Source: an uncultured bacterium (lineage in GTDB: Bacteria > Patescibacteriota > Minisyncoccia > Phycocordibacterales > CAIRYW01). Taken from it: a stretch of DNA of 64,000 nt. The notes beneath the pieces were generated by a model. The model had not been told where the DNA came from. It saw only the letters and a program-made list of their open reading frames with translations, and ran no database searches. Positions within the stretch are counted from its first letter, which is position 1, and every line of letters begins with the position of its first letter. The stretch covers positions 132,352-196,351 of the forward strand of contig CAVYBO010000001.1 of assembly GCA_963766885.1 (NCBI GenBank). The letters run 5' to 3'. The translations under genes were made by a program, and so were the position numbers. Shown piece by piece: positions 1 to 10,824 of the stretch.

Positions 1-2
1 TT

Positions 3-200
3 GAAGAACTCCGAAAAGCTCTTCAAGATATCGGGGCAGATATGGGTACGGATGCTGATAATGCAGCAGAGAAACAAACTCAAAATCCAGAGCCAAAAAT
101 AGAATCAAAACCAATTGAGGCACCAAAAATAGAAGCTGAAGACCATTCAAAGAAAGAATTGCCAGAAGAAACTCTAAAGCGTGTGCTCGGTATAGAATAA
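3..200 (+). CDS. 3' end of a gene truncated by the window edge (acidic/Pro-rich C-terminus, ...KKELPEETLKRVLGIE*)
   Basis: Frame is open from base 3 to TAA at 198-200; manual translation. Confidence 0.7.
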   Translation, partial: EELRKALQDIGADMGTDADNAAEKQTQNPEPKIESKPIEAPKIEAEDHSKKELPEETLKRVLGIE

Positions 201-201
201 T

Positions 202-336
202 ATGATTTTATTTCTCCAAATTATAATCATTCTCATCGGTATTTCCGGTATTCTTTTTTTGAAAAGAAAAAAATGGAATAAAGAAGAAGTGAAAGCGACG
301 GATTTTCAAATTCAGGAAATAAAAGATGGAGAATAA
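202..336 (+). CDS. 44-aa single-pass membrane microprotein (MILFLQIIIILIGISGILFLKRKKWNKEEVK...)
   Basis: Manual translation; ATG 1 nt after the upstream stop, hydrophobic helix followed by KRKK, overlaps the start of the next gene. Confidence 0.65.
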   Translation: MILFLQIIIILIGISGILFLKRKKWNKEEVKATDFQIQEIKDGE

Positions 337-1471
337 ACCTAAAAAAAGAATATTGATTTTCTCTTTGGTTTACCTGCCAAAGTTTGTCGGCGGCGCAGAA
401 ATCGCTATCAAAGAAATCACAGATAGACTCGAAGAATTTGAATTTGATATGGTAACTTTGCGAGGAGATAATAAATCTCTGAGATTTGAAAAAGTTGGAA
501 ATATAAATGTTCACAGAATTGGCGGAAGTGTTCTTTGGATAAATAAATATTTGATGCCGTTTACTGGTTCTCTCAAAGCCAAGTCTTTAATCAAAGAAAA
601 TAAGTACGATTGTATTTGGTCTGTAATGGCAAGCTATAATTCTTTTGCAGCTTTGTTTACAAAAAATGCAAATCCTAGAATTCCTTGGCTTTTGACTTTG
701 CAAGAGGGTGATTCTTTGGAACATATAAAAAGGCGGGCACGCCCAGTCTGGCCGGTTTTTAAAAAGATTTTCAAGAAAGCTGATAAAGTCCAGACAATTT
801 CACACTTCCTGGCAGACTTTGCCAAGGAAATGGGAGCCAAAGATATTGATGTTGTTCCAAATGGTGTGGATGTTTCTTTATTTGAAAAAATCGATGAAGA
901 GAAAATTTTGGAGTGGAAAAATAAATTAGGTAAAAAGGATAAAGATATATTTTTGGTCACAGCATCGCGGCTCGTAGAGAAAAACGCAGTAGGAGATATT
1001 ATTTCTTCGCTCGCGTATTTGCCAGAGAATATAAAGTTTGTGGTTGCAGGTGTTGGCAAGCTCCAAATGCAGCTGAAGTTTCAAATAAAAAATCTTGGCC
1101 TGGAAGAAAGAGTAAAATTCTTAGGATTTACAGAACAAAAAGATTTACCAGCGCTTTTCAAAGCGTGTAATATTTTTGTTCGACCGTCGCTTTCAGAGGG
1201 CTTCGGTAATTCATTTGTGGAGGCAATGGCGGCAAGAATTCCTGTGATTGCAACACCTGTTGGGGGAATTGTAGATTTTATTAAGGATGAACAGACAGGC
1301 TTTTTTGTAGAAGTTAAAGATCCAGAATCGATTGCTCGGGAGGTAAAATATATTTTGGAAAATAAAGACATAACAGAACAAGCAATCCAAAACGCTTCCG
1401 CAATGGTCAAAAATAAGTATGATTGGAGTATTGTTGCAGAGGAAATGGGAGATATATTTACAAATATGTAA
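326..1471 (+). CDS. GT4 family glycosyltransferase
   Basis: GGAE near N-terminus, VPNGVD, RLVEKN, EGFGNSFVEAMA (EX7E motif). Confidence 0.93.
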   Translation: MENKPKKRILIFSLVYLPKFVGGAEIAIKEITDRLEEFEFDMVTLRGDNKSLRFEKVGNINVHRIGGSVLWINKYLMPFTGSLKAKSLIKENKYDCIWSVMASYNSFAALFTKNANPRIPWLLTLQEGDSLEHIKRRARPVWPVFKKIFKKADKVQTISHFLADFAKEMGAKDIDVVPNGVDVSLFEKIDEEKILEWKNKLGKKDKDIFLVTASRLVEKNAVGDIISSLAYLPENIKFVVAGVGKLQMQLKFQIKNLGLEERVKFLGFTEQKDLPALFKACNIFVRPSLSEGFGNSFVEAMAARIPVIATPVGGIVDFIKDEQTGFFVEVKDPESIAREVKYILENKDITEQAIQNASAMVKNKYDWSIVAEEMGDIFTNM

Positions 1472-1496
1472 ATGTGTGATAATCTCTGTTCAGACT

Positions 1497-1889
1497 ATGG
1501 ATACATTACCAATTCTTCTGCTGCAAACGTCGCCGGCTAGCATCGCATTATGCCTTATGGCGATTCGCTATGAAAAACTCGGGCTGGTAAGATTTCGCGA
1601 CTTTCGTGCATTCTTCGGTCTTGATGTTGAAGAGGCTGTTGTTGCTGGGGAACGACAACTCTTCATTACCGACACGTTCGGATTGCGATACGCGGACTCT
1701 CTCGAATTCAACGAGCGGCTTCGGATTAAAAATCCTGAACTCATTTCCGTCTGCTGCGACTCCGATGTTCAGGGGATGCATCGTGGTGAATTTGAGCGAA
1801 TCATTGATCGAGGCAAGGATGACTGGATTCAGCAATTTGCTTGGGTCATCCGCGACTTCCAGTCGGGCAAACTTCTCCGCGCTGCCTAA
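1497..1889 (+). CDS. Hypothetical protein, higher GC than neighbours; possibly a degenerate receiver-like alpha/beta domain
   Basis: ORF preceded by TGTGATAAT -10-like box; start chosen at ATG 1497; fold guess is weak. Confidence 0.55.
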   Translation: MDTLPILLLQTSPASIALCLMAIRYEKLGLVRFRDFRAFFGLDVEEAVVAGERQLFITDTFGLRYADSLEFNERLRIKNPELISVCCDSDVQGMHRGEFERIIDRGKDDWIQQFAWVIRDFQSGKLLRAA

Positions 1890-1938
1890 AACAGATGCGG
1901 AATTTTTTATACTCAAAATATGTGCTAAATTTAAAGGA

Positions 1939-3279
1939 ATGGACTATAAAAAGTATTTCAAAGATAAAAAAATTACCATTATGGGCCTTGGGCTTTTAGG
2001 ACGTGGGCTTCAGGATGCTGTTTTTCTGGCTGAATGCGGGGCAGAACTGACAGTTACAGATTTGAGGTCAAAAGAGATTTTGCAGCCAAGTTTGAAAGCT
2101 TTGAAAAAGTTTAAGAATATCAAATATACTTTGGGCAGGCATGATTTTGCAGATTTTGAAGACAAAGATTTTATCCTTAAAGCTGCGGGAGTGCCTCTTG
2201 AATCGCCGTACATTGCTCATGCAATAAAGCATAATGTGCCAATTGAAATGGATGCCTCCTTATTCGCCAGACTTGCCGAGGGCGTGATTATTGTTGGCAT
2301 CACAGGGACAAGAGGAAAAACCACAACCACATCTTTAATATATAAACTTGTTTCAACCGCCCTTAGCAAACCATTTCAAAAAGTTTATCTTGCCGGCAAC
2401 ATCCGCGGCGCGGCGACATTGCCTTTGATAAAAAAAGTTAAAAGAGGAGATATCGTGGTGCTTGAGCTAGACAGCTGGCAGCTTCAGGGATTTGGCGATG
2501 CAAAAATTTCTCCGCATATCGCTGTTTTTACAAATTTCCTAGATGATCACCTCAATTATTATAAAGGCAACGTTTTGGCATACCTAAACGACAAGGCGCA
2601 GATTTTTTTGCATCAGAAGCAGAATGATTATCTAGTCTGCGGAGAAAAAATTGGACATTTGATTACGGCAAAATATTTTGAAAAGCTGCAAAATCCTGTA
2701 ATTGCTGCAAGTTCCTCTGAAATTCCAGATAACTGGAAGTTAAATATCATTGGAGAACACAATAGAGAGAATAGTGCTTTGGCCCTGAAGGTTGCAAGAA
2801 TCATGAAAATTCCAGATTCAGTCAGCAAAAAAGTAATTGAAAATTTCAAAAGCGTGGAAGGAAGATTGCAGAAGCTTAAAGTTTATAAAGGTATAACAAT
2901 CTGGAACGACAATAATTCTACGACGCCTGATTCGGCAATTGCAGCATTGAAAGCGCTGCCCCAAAAGGAAAATCAGCAGAAAAAAACCATTTTAATTATG
3001 GGCGGTGCGGACAAAAATCTAGATATGTCAAAATTGGTTGAAGAAATAAGAAACACCTGCAAAAAGGTGATTATATTGCCAGGGACTGGCACAGATAAAT
3101 TAAAAGGTGTAGAGGGAATCAAAGCCAAAGACCTGAAAGAGGCTGTAAAAATTGCAGTCAAATCTGCCGAAAAAGGCGACAATATTCTATTCAGTCCAGC
3201 GTTTGCGTCATTTGGATTATTCAAGAATGAGTATGATAGAAACGATCAGTTCGTGAAGATTATAAAAGGGTTAAAATAG
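1939..3279 (+). CDS. murD: UDP-N-acetylmuramoyl-L-alanine--D-glutamate ligase
   Basis: GLGLLG Rossmann motif, GITGTRGKTTT, LELDSWQL, DHLNYY, NDNNSTTP, SPAFASF; start set at MDYKKYF. Confidence 0.93.
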   Translation: MDYKKYFKDKKITIMGLGLLGRGLQDAVFLAECGAELTVTDLRSKEILQPSLKALKKFKNIKYTLGRHDFADFEDKDFILKAAGVPLESPYIAHAIKHNVPIEMDASLFARLAEGVIIVGITGTRGKTTTTSLIYKLVSTALSKPFQKVYLAGNIRGAATLPLIKKVKRGDIVVLELDSWQLQGFGDAKISPHIAVFTNFLDDHLNYYKGNVLAYLNDKAQIFLHQKQNDYLVCGEKIGHLITAKYFEKLQNPVIAASSSEIPDNWKLNIIGEHNRENSALALKVARIMKIPDSVSKKVIENFKSVEGRLQKLKVYKGITIWNDNNSTTPDSAIAALKALPQKENQQKKTILIMGGADKNLDMSKLVEEIRNTCKKVIILPGTGTDKLKGVEGIKAKDLKEAVKIAVKSAEKGDNILFSPAFASFGLFKNEYDRNDQFVKIIKGLK

Positions 3280-3283
3280 ACGA

Positions 3284-4579
3284 ATGCTAGATTTTGATAA
3301 CGTAAAAAAAGCATATTTTTTGGGAATCGGAGGAATCGGTGTTTCTGCTGTGGCCAGAATGTTTTTACATGAAGGCAAAGCTGTTTCCGGTTCTGACTCG
3401 TATGCCTCAGAAATCACAGAAGAGCTTGAAAAATCCGGAGCTAAAATTTTTATAGGCCAGGATTTAGAGCATATTCCAAAAGACACGGATTTGGTGATCT
3501 ATTCAATCGCTTTGGATATATTTGCAGCGGATTTTATGAAGCAGGTTAGATTGAGAATTAAAAATGTGATTTCATATCCGGAAGCGCTTTCTGTGATTTC
3601 CAAAAATAAATTCACCATCGCAATTTCCGGAGCGCATGGCAAAACCACAACTACCGCAATGATTGCTAAAGTTTTGATTGACGCCGGACTTGATCCCACC
3701 GTAATCGTCGGCTCCAAGCTTTTGGGAGAAAATTCAAACTTTGTTGCTGGAAAATCGAAATACTTTATTGTTGAAGCGTGCGAATATTGCAGATCATTCT
3801 TGCAAATAAACCCGACTGTCGTGTGTGTCACAAATATTGATGCTGACCACTTGGATTATTACAAAGATATTAAGGATATAAAAAGCGCCTTTAAAGAATT
3901 TGTTGCCAAAGTTCCAAAAGACGGAGCACTTGTTGGAAACCTTAATGATGAAAAAATAAAAGAAGTTTTTGGTTCAAATTCTGTTGCCAAGCAAATTGAT
4001 TCTTCGGAATTTATGTTTAGCGATGATTTATTGATTCCTGGTGAACATAATAAAAAGAATGCCTCCATTGCTATGGCTGTTGCGTCTTTATTGGATATTG
4101 ATTTGGAAAAGGCAAAAGAAAGCTTGAAAAATTTTAAAGGCACGTGGCGAAGATTTGAGTATAAGGGCGAGACAAAGAAGGGCGCAAAAGTTTTTGATGA
4201 CTACGCTCATCATCCGACAGAAATTGAAGCTACGATTTCGGGTGCGCGCGAAAAGTTTCCTGACAAAAAAATAATTGCCGTTTTTCAACCTCACCTTTTT
4301 TCTCGAACTAAGGCTTTGCTGCCTGACTTCGCGCGCGCTCTATCAAACGCAGATGAAATTTTGCTTTTACCGATTTATCCCGCTCGGGAAGTTTTTGACG
4401 CAACAATTTCTTCCGAGACGGTTGTTGATTTAGTAGGAACTAAAGCAAAGTCTTTAAATAATTTTGAAGAGGCAAAAGAAATTCTATCAACAAAAAATTC
4501 AGCAAATAATTCGGATAGCGTAATCCTTATAATGGGAGCAGGAAGCATCGGTGAATTGCCAAAAATGATAATTAAATAA
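3284..4579 (+). CDS. murC: UDP-N-acetylmuramate--L-alanine ligase
   Basis: GIGGIGVSAVA, ISGAHGKTTTT, EACEY, DHLDYY, DDYAHHPTEI, FQPH. Confidence 0.95.
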   Translation: MLDFDNVKKAYFLGIGGIGVSAVARMFLHEGKAVSGSDSYASEITEELEKSGAKIFIGQDLEHIPKDTDLVIYSIALDIFAADFMKQVRLRIKNVISYPEALSVISKNKFTIAISGAHGKTTTTAMIAKVLIDAGLDPTVIVGSKLLGENSNFVAGKSKYFIVEACEYCRSFLQINPTVVCVTNIDADHLDYYKDIKDIKSAFKEFVAKVPKDGALVGNLNDEKIKEVFGSNSVAKQIDSSEFMFSDDLLIPGEHNKKNASIAMAVASLLDIDLEKAKESLKNFKGTWRRFEYKGETKKGAKVFDDYAHHPTEIEATISGAREKFPDKKIIAVFQPHLFSRTKALLPDFARALSNADEILLLPIYPAREVFDATISSETVVDLVGTKAKSLNNFEEAKEILSTKNSANNSDSVILIMGAGSIGELPKMIIK

Positions 4580-5584
4580 ATGAAAAAAAATATTCTAATC
4601 GCAACTGGAATATATCCACCAGATATCGGAGGGCCGGCGGAATACGCAGCGGAGCTTGAAAAAGTATGGAAAAATCAGGGTTATAAAGTGACGGTTAAAT
4701 ATTTTTCTTTTGAAAAAAAACTTCCAACAGGTATAAGGCATATATTTTTTGCTCTCAAATCTATACCGGCCGTAATTTCAGCAGATTTTATTTTGGTTTT
4801 GGATACCTGGAGCGCAGCTATTCCCACAGCGTTTTTATGCAGAATTTTCGGCCAGAAATTTGTAATCAGAACAGGCGGAGATTTTTTATGGGAAAGTTAT
4901 TTGGAAAGGACAAAGAAAAAAGTGTTGTTTAAAAATTTTTATAATACAGAACTTGATAATTTGAATTCTAAAGAGAAGATTATTTTTAAAAAGACAAAAT
5001 GGGTTTTGAATCAAGCCGAGAAAATAGTTTTCTCTACTTCGTGGCAAAGAAACATTTGGCAGGAGCCTTATAAAATTAATATAGCAAAGACCACAATTAT
5101 AGAAAATTTTTATGGAGAAAAGGAAGTTGTTTCTGAATCGAAAGATAAAATTTTTATTGGCGCGGCCAGGCCGATTTATTTTAAAAGTGTTGATAATTTA
5201 AAACAGATTTTTGATACTGAAGAAATCAAAAAATCAGGGTTTGCTCTTGATTTAAAGACAAGCTCGAAAAAAGAATTATTGGATAGAATCAAAAAATCTT
5301 ATGCGGTAGTGCTTGCTTCTCTTGGAGACATAAGTCCCAATCTGATTTTGGATGCAATAAAATTAGACAAGCCATTTATTGTGACAGAAGAAACAGGAAT
5401 CAAAGACAGGATAAAAGATGTTGCGATTTTCGTAAATCCGCTGGATAAGCAGGATATAATTGAGAAAGTGCTGTGGCTAATGGATGAAAATAATTACAAA
5501 GCGCAACAAGAAAAATTGGCAAAATTTTCCTTTGTCCATACTTGGGACCAAATTGCAGATGAATTTTTAAATTTGAAAATATGA
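4580..5584 (+). CDS. GT4-like glycosyltransferase (divergent)
   Basis: YPPDIGGPA N-terminus; DISPNLILDA resembles the EX7E motif. Confidence 0.75.
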   Translation: MKKNILIATGIYPPDIGGPAEYAAELEKVWKNQGYKVTVKYFSFEKKLPTGIRHIFFALKSIPAVISADFILVLDTWSAAIPTAFLCRIFGQKFVIRTGGDFLWESYLERTKKKVLFKNFYNTELDNLNSKEKIIFKKTKWVLNQAEKIVFSTSWQRNIWQEPYKINIAKTTIIENFYGEKEVVSESKDKIFIGAARPIYFKSVDNLKQIFDTEEIKKSGFALDLKTSSKKELLDRIKKSYAVVLASLGDISPNLILDAIKLDKPFIVTEETGIKDRIKDVAIFVNPLDKQDIIEKVLWLMDENNYKAQQEKLAKFSFVHTWDQIADEFLNLKI

Positions 5585-6669
5585 GTAAACTTTTAATGAT
5601 TTCCAGAGATCCAAAAGCTGTCGAAAAAGATTCTGCGGTTTACGAGCGACTTAAGGAATATAAAAAAATATTTGATGAAGTCCATGTGGTAGTAATGGCG
5701 AAGAGAAAATCAACACAAGAATTTCAGGAAGGCAATCTTTATATTTATCCGGCTTTTTCAAAGATTTCTTTTTTTGCTTTTTTGAGCTGCCTTTCATACG
5801 CTTTTGAAGCGGCTCGAAAAATTGGAAAGGATAAATGGATTTCGGTGCAGGATCCTTTTGAGGCGGGAATTGTTGGACTAATTGTTAAAAAAGTTTTTGG
5901 CGGAAAGCTCCAGGTGCAGATTCATACAGATTTGTTTTCTCCAATGTATAAAAAATCTGGATTGAAAGAAAGAAAGAATTTATTTTTGGCAGGACTGACT
6001 CTAACGGAGGCATATTCAATAAGAGTTGTCTCGGATAAAGTTCGAGACGATACAAAAAAATATCTTACAAAATATGCTAAGGAAATTCCTATGTATGTTT
6101 TGCCAATAATAGTTGATTTTGAAAAACTGGAAGAAATGAAAAAGAAAGCTATCAAAGAAAATTATGGAAATTACGATTCAACTGTTTTGGTTGTATCGCG
6201 CTTGGAAAAAGAAAAAAACGTTTCTTTGGCAATCAAGGCTTTTGCCGATTTGCGAAAATCTGGAGAGAACGCTGTTTTGGTTATTGCTGGCGAGGGAAGC
6301 GAAAGAGAAAAACTTAAACATCTTTCAGGGCGCCTTGAAATTGCTGAGCATGTCAAATTTCTTGGATTTGAAAATGATTTGTCCTCAGTTTATATTTCGA
6401 CTGATGTTTTGCTTTCAACGTCTTTGTATGAGGGATTCGGGATGGTTTTTTTGGAGGCCGCTCTATTTGGAAAACCTATTGTTTCTACTGATGTAGGTAT
6501 TGCCAAAGAAATTGGGGCACATATTGCCGATTGGAGCGCTGAAGATTTGGCACTCAAAATTAAAGAGGCTTTGACTGAAAAGCAAATAGATTATGATTTG
6601 TCAAAATTTAAGATTTCAAAAGATGAATACCTTAATCGTTTCAGAGAATCTTTTGATGTGTTAAAATAG
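5581..6669 (+). CDS. GT4 family glycosyltransferase
   Basis: SRLEKEKN, YEGFGMVFLEAA. Confidence 0.9.
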   Translation: MSKLLMISRDPKAVEKDSAVYERLKEYKKIFDEVHVVVMAKRKSTQEFQEGNLYIYPAFSKISFFAFLSCLSYAFEAARKIGKDKWISVQDPFEAGIVGLIVKKVFGGKLQVQIHTDLFSPMYKKSGLKERKNLFLAGLTLTEAYSIRVVSDKVRDDTKKYLTKYAKEIPMYVLPIIVDFEKLEEMKKKAIKENYGNYDSTVLVVSRLEKEKNVSLAIKAFADLRKSGENAVLVIAGEGSEREKLKHLSGRLEIAEHVKFLGFENDLSSVYISTDVLLSTSLYEGFGMVFLEAALFGKPIVSTDVGIAKEIGAHIADWSAEDLALKIKEALTEKQIDYDLSKFKISKDEYLNRFRESFDVLK

Positions 6670-6676
6670 CGGCATT

Positions 6677-7369
6677 ATGAAATTATCAATAATAATTCCT
6701 GTTTTTAACGAAGAGAAAACTCTGGAAAAAATAATTGAGAAGGTGGAAAAAGTTTCTCTGCCAAATGATATTCCTAGGGAAATTATTGTTGTTGACGACT
6801 GCTCAAAAGATTCCACTCCCCAAATTATCAAAAAACTTCCAAAACATTTCAAGATCATTACTCACACATCTAATCAGGGCAAGGGTGCGTCAGTCAAAGA
6901 CGGGCTGATTGCTTCAACAGGAGATATCGTTTTGATTCAGGACGCCGATTTGGAGTATGATCCTGAAGAGTATCCACGCCTTTTGGCACCGATTATCAAA
7001 GGAGACGCGGATGTTGTGTATGGTTCAAGGTTTATAGGAGATCATCCTCATAGAGTGATTTATTTTTGGCATTATGTTGGCAATACAATCATTACGTTAT
7101 TTTCAAATATGATGTCCAATCTCAATCTATCTGATATGGAAACCTGCTATAAAGTTTTCACCAGAAAGGTTGTTGATGACATTAAATACAAAATTAGTTC
7201 CAAACGCTTTGGCATTGAGCCGGAAATAACAGCGTATGTGAAAAGATACCGCGTCTACGAAGTAGGAATTTCTTATAATGGGCGCACTTATGCCGAAGGC
7301 AAAAAAATCGGCTGGAGAGACGGAATTTCAGCATTTTGGATAATAATTAAAGCCAATCTTTTCTCATAA
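6677..7369 (+). CDS. GT2 family polyprenol-phosphate glycosyltransferase (DPM-synthase-like)
   Basis: IIIPVFNEE, VDDCSKD, NQGKG, QDADLEY, GSRF. Confidence 0.93.
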   Translation: MKLSIIIPVFNEEKTLEKIIEKVEKVSLPNDIPREIIVVDDCSKDSTPQIIKKLPKHFKIITHTSNQGKGASVKDGLIASTGDIVLIQDADLEYDPEEYPRLLAPIIKGDADVVYGSRFIGDHPHRVIYFWHYVGNTIITLFSNMMSNLNLSDMETCYKVFTRKVVDDIKYKISSKRFGIEPEITAYVKRYRVYEVGISYNGRTYAEGKKIGWRDGISAFWIIIKANLFS

Positions 7370-7375
7370 TTTTGT

Positions 7376-8404
7376 ATGAGACTTCTTATAATCACTCAAA
7401 AAATAGACCAGAACGATCCGGTGCTTGGATTTTTTGTTTCGTGGGTGAAAAAAATTTCTGAAAAATTTGAAAAAATCCAAGTTATCTGTTTAGAAAAAGG
7501 CGAGTATAATCTGCCAAAAAATGTTTCCGTATCTTCTTTGGGCAAGGAAAATAGAAAATCCAAAACAAAATACATTTGGAGATTTTATAAATATATTTGG
7601 CAGCAAAGAAAAAATTACGATGTGGTTTTTGTCCATATGAACCAAGAATATGTTTTGCTTGGCGGATTGCTTTGGAAAATTTTTGGCAAAAAAGTCGCAA
7701 TGTGGAGGAATCATTATGCGGGAAGTTTTCTAACCCAAATTGCAGGCAAGCTTTGCGACGAAGTTTATTACACATCTCCGCATTCTTTTACCGCTACATT
7801 TAAGAATGCAGTTCAGATGCCAGTTGGAGTTGATACGGATGTTTTTAAACCCAAAGATGATATTTTAGCTAAAGAAAATTCAATTCTTTTCGTCGGCAGA
7901 ATGTCTCCAGTTAAAAAGCCAGATGTTCTTTTGGAAGCTGAAAAAATTATCTTAAAAAATGGATATGAAATATCAGGATCCTTTTATGGAAATCCGGATT
8001 CGGCATCAGAATCTTTTTACAATCAAATGCTTGAAGAAAGCAAAAAACCACCTCTTGCCGGTAAGATTATTTTTTATGGAGGAATAAAATATGATGATCT
8101 AGCGGATGTTTATCGAAGGCATAAAGTATTCGTTAATTTGAGTCCTGATGGGATGTTTGACAAGACAATTTTTGAAGCAATGAGTAGCGGCGCTCTAGTC
8201 TTAGTTTCAAACAGTGCGCTTAAAAGTATTGTTCCGAAGGAATTTTTTTGCGATGCTGTAAATCCAAAAAACGTGGCAGAAAGGCTTAAAAATATTTTAG
8301 ATAATAAAGAAACTCTTAAAAAATATGATTTAAGAAAATTTGTGATTGAAAATCACTCTTTAGATTTGCTTGCAGAAGAGCTTCTTGATTCTCTCTCCAA
8401 ATAG
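7376..8404 (+). CDS. GT4 family glycosyltransferase
   Basis: VGRMSPVKK, GMFDKTIFEAM. Confidence 0.88.
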   Translation: MRLLIITQKIDQNDPVLGFFVSWVKKISEKFEKIQVICLEKGEYNLPKNVSVSSLGKENRKSKTKYIWRFYKYIWQQRKNYDVVFVHMNQEYVLLGGLLWKIFGKKVAMWRNHYAGSFLTQIAGKLCDEVYYTSPHSFTATFKNAVQMPVGVDTDVFKPKDDILAKENSILFVGRMSPVKKPDVLLEAEKIILKNGYEISGSFYGNPDSASESFYNQMLEESKKPPLAGKIIFYGGIKYDDLADVYRRHKVFVNLSPDGMFDKTIFEAMSSGALVLVSNSALKSIVPKEFFCDAVNPKNVAERLKNILDNKETLKKYDLRKFVIENHSLDLLAEELLDSLSK

Positions 8405-9706
8405 AGAAAATATTCCGGCGCTTGCCAATAGCATAATGAACGGCTCTGCAATAAATCTGTAGCGGGCATTTGCTACAGGTCCGGCAAGAAGCGCCAGGAA
8501 GATCACTATAAAAAGTAAATAATAACCCAAAGGTCTTTTTCTATGTGTATATATTTCTGCAAAAACCATAATCCATATAAGAATTATGATTATACGTTCA
8601 ATGAATTTCCAAATCGGATGAGTGATTGAATATAAGAAGGAGGAGATATTACCGCGGGCGAGAGTGTCTATGGCACCAAGATTTGCAGAATCATTTTCGT
8701 TCATCATTAATTTATAATTATCAATCAGATATTCCGTATCGGAAGAAAAGAAAAACGCACTTGTTGTCAGTAGATGATATTTAGCGTATGAAAATATATT
8801 TGTCTTAAAAAACTGCGAGGTGTATTTTTCTATTGAAGGAGAATATTGGAGTTCATCCCATTGTTCAACTGGTACGTTGATTTGAGAAGAGATTTCTTGT
8901 CTTTCGATCGGAGCGGACGTTTTATTTTTTACTGCCAAAAACATCGGAGCGTTGTAATAGACAATGTTGTAGTAGGGAAGCGAAGTGAAAGCAAAGACGC
9001 CGGAAACATTTTTGTTCCGAATCATCCATGGTATGAGCATTAAAATTGTAATCAAAAGTATAAAGAACATTGCATAGAGCTTTTTTTGAATGTTAATTTT
9101 GGAAAGTAAAACTGGCACTGCGAATATTGGCAGAGCAAAAAGTCCCATGGGACGAACGTATAAAGCAAGGGCACAAATTATGCCAGAGGTTATTATTCCG
9201 AACCAAAATCTTTCTTTTATAGTATCTAGGCACACCCAAAAAAATAATAAGAATAGAAATAAAAAAAGCATATCGGACATTATTGTCAGGGAAAGTGTCA
9301 AAGTAATCGGATTTATAATAAAAAATATTGCGGCGAGACCGGCAATTTTTTCATCATAAAGAATGGATCCAATTTTCATTATTAAAAATGCTGAAAATAA
9401 AGCAAGTAAAATTTGTATAAAAGTTACAGCGAAATATGAACCAAAAAAGATTTCTTTTACGATTGCCAAAAAAACAGGGTAACCTGGGGTGCGAAAAGTG
9501 TTTGTCATGCCATCAATTGTAAAAGTTCCTGAGTTGATAATTGAATCGGATAGAGAAGCATATTCAGAAGAATCTTTTGGTATTACGGGGAAGGTTGGTA
9601 ATTTATGGAAAAATACTGTATATATCCAAAAAATAAAATATAGCGCAGTGCAAACTAAAATTATTTTTGAATAAATATTTGAAGATGATTTTGGTTGCAG
9701 CGACAT
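8360..9706 (-). CDS. GT-C fold membrane glycosyltransferase (ArnT/PMT-like)
   Basis: Many TM helices, DSSEY loop, RTPGYP, PWMIRN, ARYR. Confidence 0.85.
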   Translation of the reverse strand: MSLQPKSSSNIYSKIILVCTALYFIFWIYTVFFHKLPTFPVIPKDSSEYASLSDSIINSGTFTIDGMTNTFRTPGYPVFLAIVKEIFFGSYFAVTFIQILLALFSAFLIMKIGSILYDEKIAGLAAIFFIINPITLTLSLTIMSDMLFLFLFLLFFWVCLDTIKERFWFGIITSGIICALALYVRPMGLFALPIFAVPVLLSKINIQKKLYAMFFILLITILMLIPWMIRNKNVSGVFAFTSLPYYNIVYYNAPMFLAVKNKTSAPIERQEISSQINVPVEQWDELQYSPSIEKYTSQFFKTNIFSYAKYHLLTTSAFFFSSDTEYLIDNYKLMMNENDSANLGAIDTLARGNISSFLYSITHPIWKFIERIIIILIWIMVFAEIYTHRKRPLGYYLLFIVIFLALLAGPVANARYRFIAEPFIMLLASAGIFSLFGERIKKLFCKQI

Positions 9707-9762
9707 TGCGACTATATGCTATCATTATAAGCACTTAATAAATATTTTCGTAATTGGCAAAA

Positions 9763-10176
9763 ATGATCAAAAAAATCTACGAGCTCCGGATTTTTCATTA
9801 TTTGGTAGCTGGTATAATCGGCTTTTCCGTTAATATTGGAGCACTCTATTTGCTAACTGATTATTTGAAAGTCTGGTATTTGGCTTCTTCAATTTTGGCG
9901 TATACAATCGCTTTTTCGGTGAGCTTTGTCTTGCAGAAATTCTGGACATTTAAGGTTTCGTCTTTTGAGAATTTAAAAAAAGAAATCACAATATACTTTA
10001 TAGTTTTTATTTTAGGGAATTTAGTAAATACAGCTTTGATTTATTTGTTTGTGGAATATATAAAGTTACATTATATTGTTGGAGCAGTACTGAGTAATAT
10101 ATTGATTGCTGCAATAAATTTTTTCTTATATAAAAATATTGTGTTCAAAAACAATTTGACATATAGTAATCAATAA
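9763..10176 (+). CDS. GtrA family lipid-sugar flippase
   Basis: About 135 aa, 4 TM helices, SFVLQKFWTF. Confidence 0.88.
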   Translation: MIKKIYELRIFHYLVAGIIGFSVNIGALYLLTDYLKVWYLASSILAYTIAFSVSFVLQKFWTFKVSSFENLKKEITIYFIVFILGNLVNTALIYLFVEYIKLHYIVGAVLSNILIAAINFFLYKNIVFKNNLTYSNQ

Positions 10177-10183
10177 TTAATTT

Positions 10184-10822
10184 ATGAAATCTCCAGACAC
10201 ATTGCTTCGTTCTGCTGAACACGCTGAAATTGCAAAGATTGCCTTGTTCGGGAAGGTTATTGATTTGGGAGGGGATAGAAAGTCTGAGTATCAGAAACTA
10301 TTTAAAGGGAAATTTGATATTACAATTCTTAACACTGATCTTTCCTGTAAACCAGATATTATTCATGATTTAGAAAAACCGTTTCTTATCGATGATGATT
10401 CTTATGACGGTGTCTTACTAATTAATGTTCTAGAGCATATTTATAACTATAAAGCTCTGCTCAACGAAAGCTCGCGAATCCTGAAAAAAAGGGGAATTAT
10501 TGTTGTGGTGGTACCGTTTCTTTTTCCGTACCATCCTTCACCACATGATTTTCATAGATATACCAAAGACACTTTGAGTATGGAAATGAAAGAACTAGGA
10601 TTGCAAGAGATACGCGTCGACCCTTTGGGTTACGGAGTTTTCTCAGCTTGCTTTCTTTTTGTAGATAGATTGATGCCATTACCTATAAGATATATTTTTC
10701 ATTTTTTTAATCCACTAGTTATATGTATAGATAGACTATTTGCTAGATTATCAAATGTTCTTGGAAAAAAATATAAGACCTCAGATTATGCTCTTGGGTA
10801 CGTGGTGGTAGCTAAAAAATAA
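10184..10822 (+). CDS. Class I SAM-dependent methyltransferase
   Basis: IDLGG, NVLEHI, VPFLFPYHPSPHDF. Confidence 0.85.
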   Translation: MKSPDTLLRSAEHAEIAKIALFGKVIDLGGDRKSEYQKLFKGKFDITILNTDLSCKPDIIHDLEKPFLIDDDSYDGVLLINVLEHIYNYKALLNESSRILKKRGIIVVVVPFLFPYHPSPHDFHRYTKDTLSMEMKELGLQEIRVDPLGYGVFSACFLFVDRLMPLPIRYIFHFFNPLVICIDRLFARLSNVLGKKYKTSDYALGYVVVAKK

Positions 10823-10824
10823 AA

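Noticed and set aside
1606-1938. 111-aa N-terminal extension of MurD
   Set aside because: It overlaps a separate GC-rich gene in another frame; a -10-like box precedes ATG 1939, where MurD similarity begins
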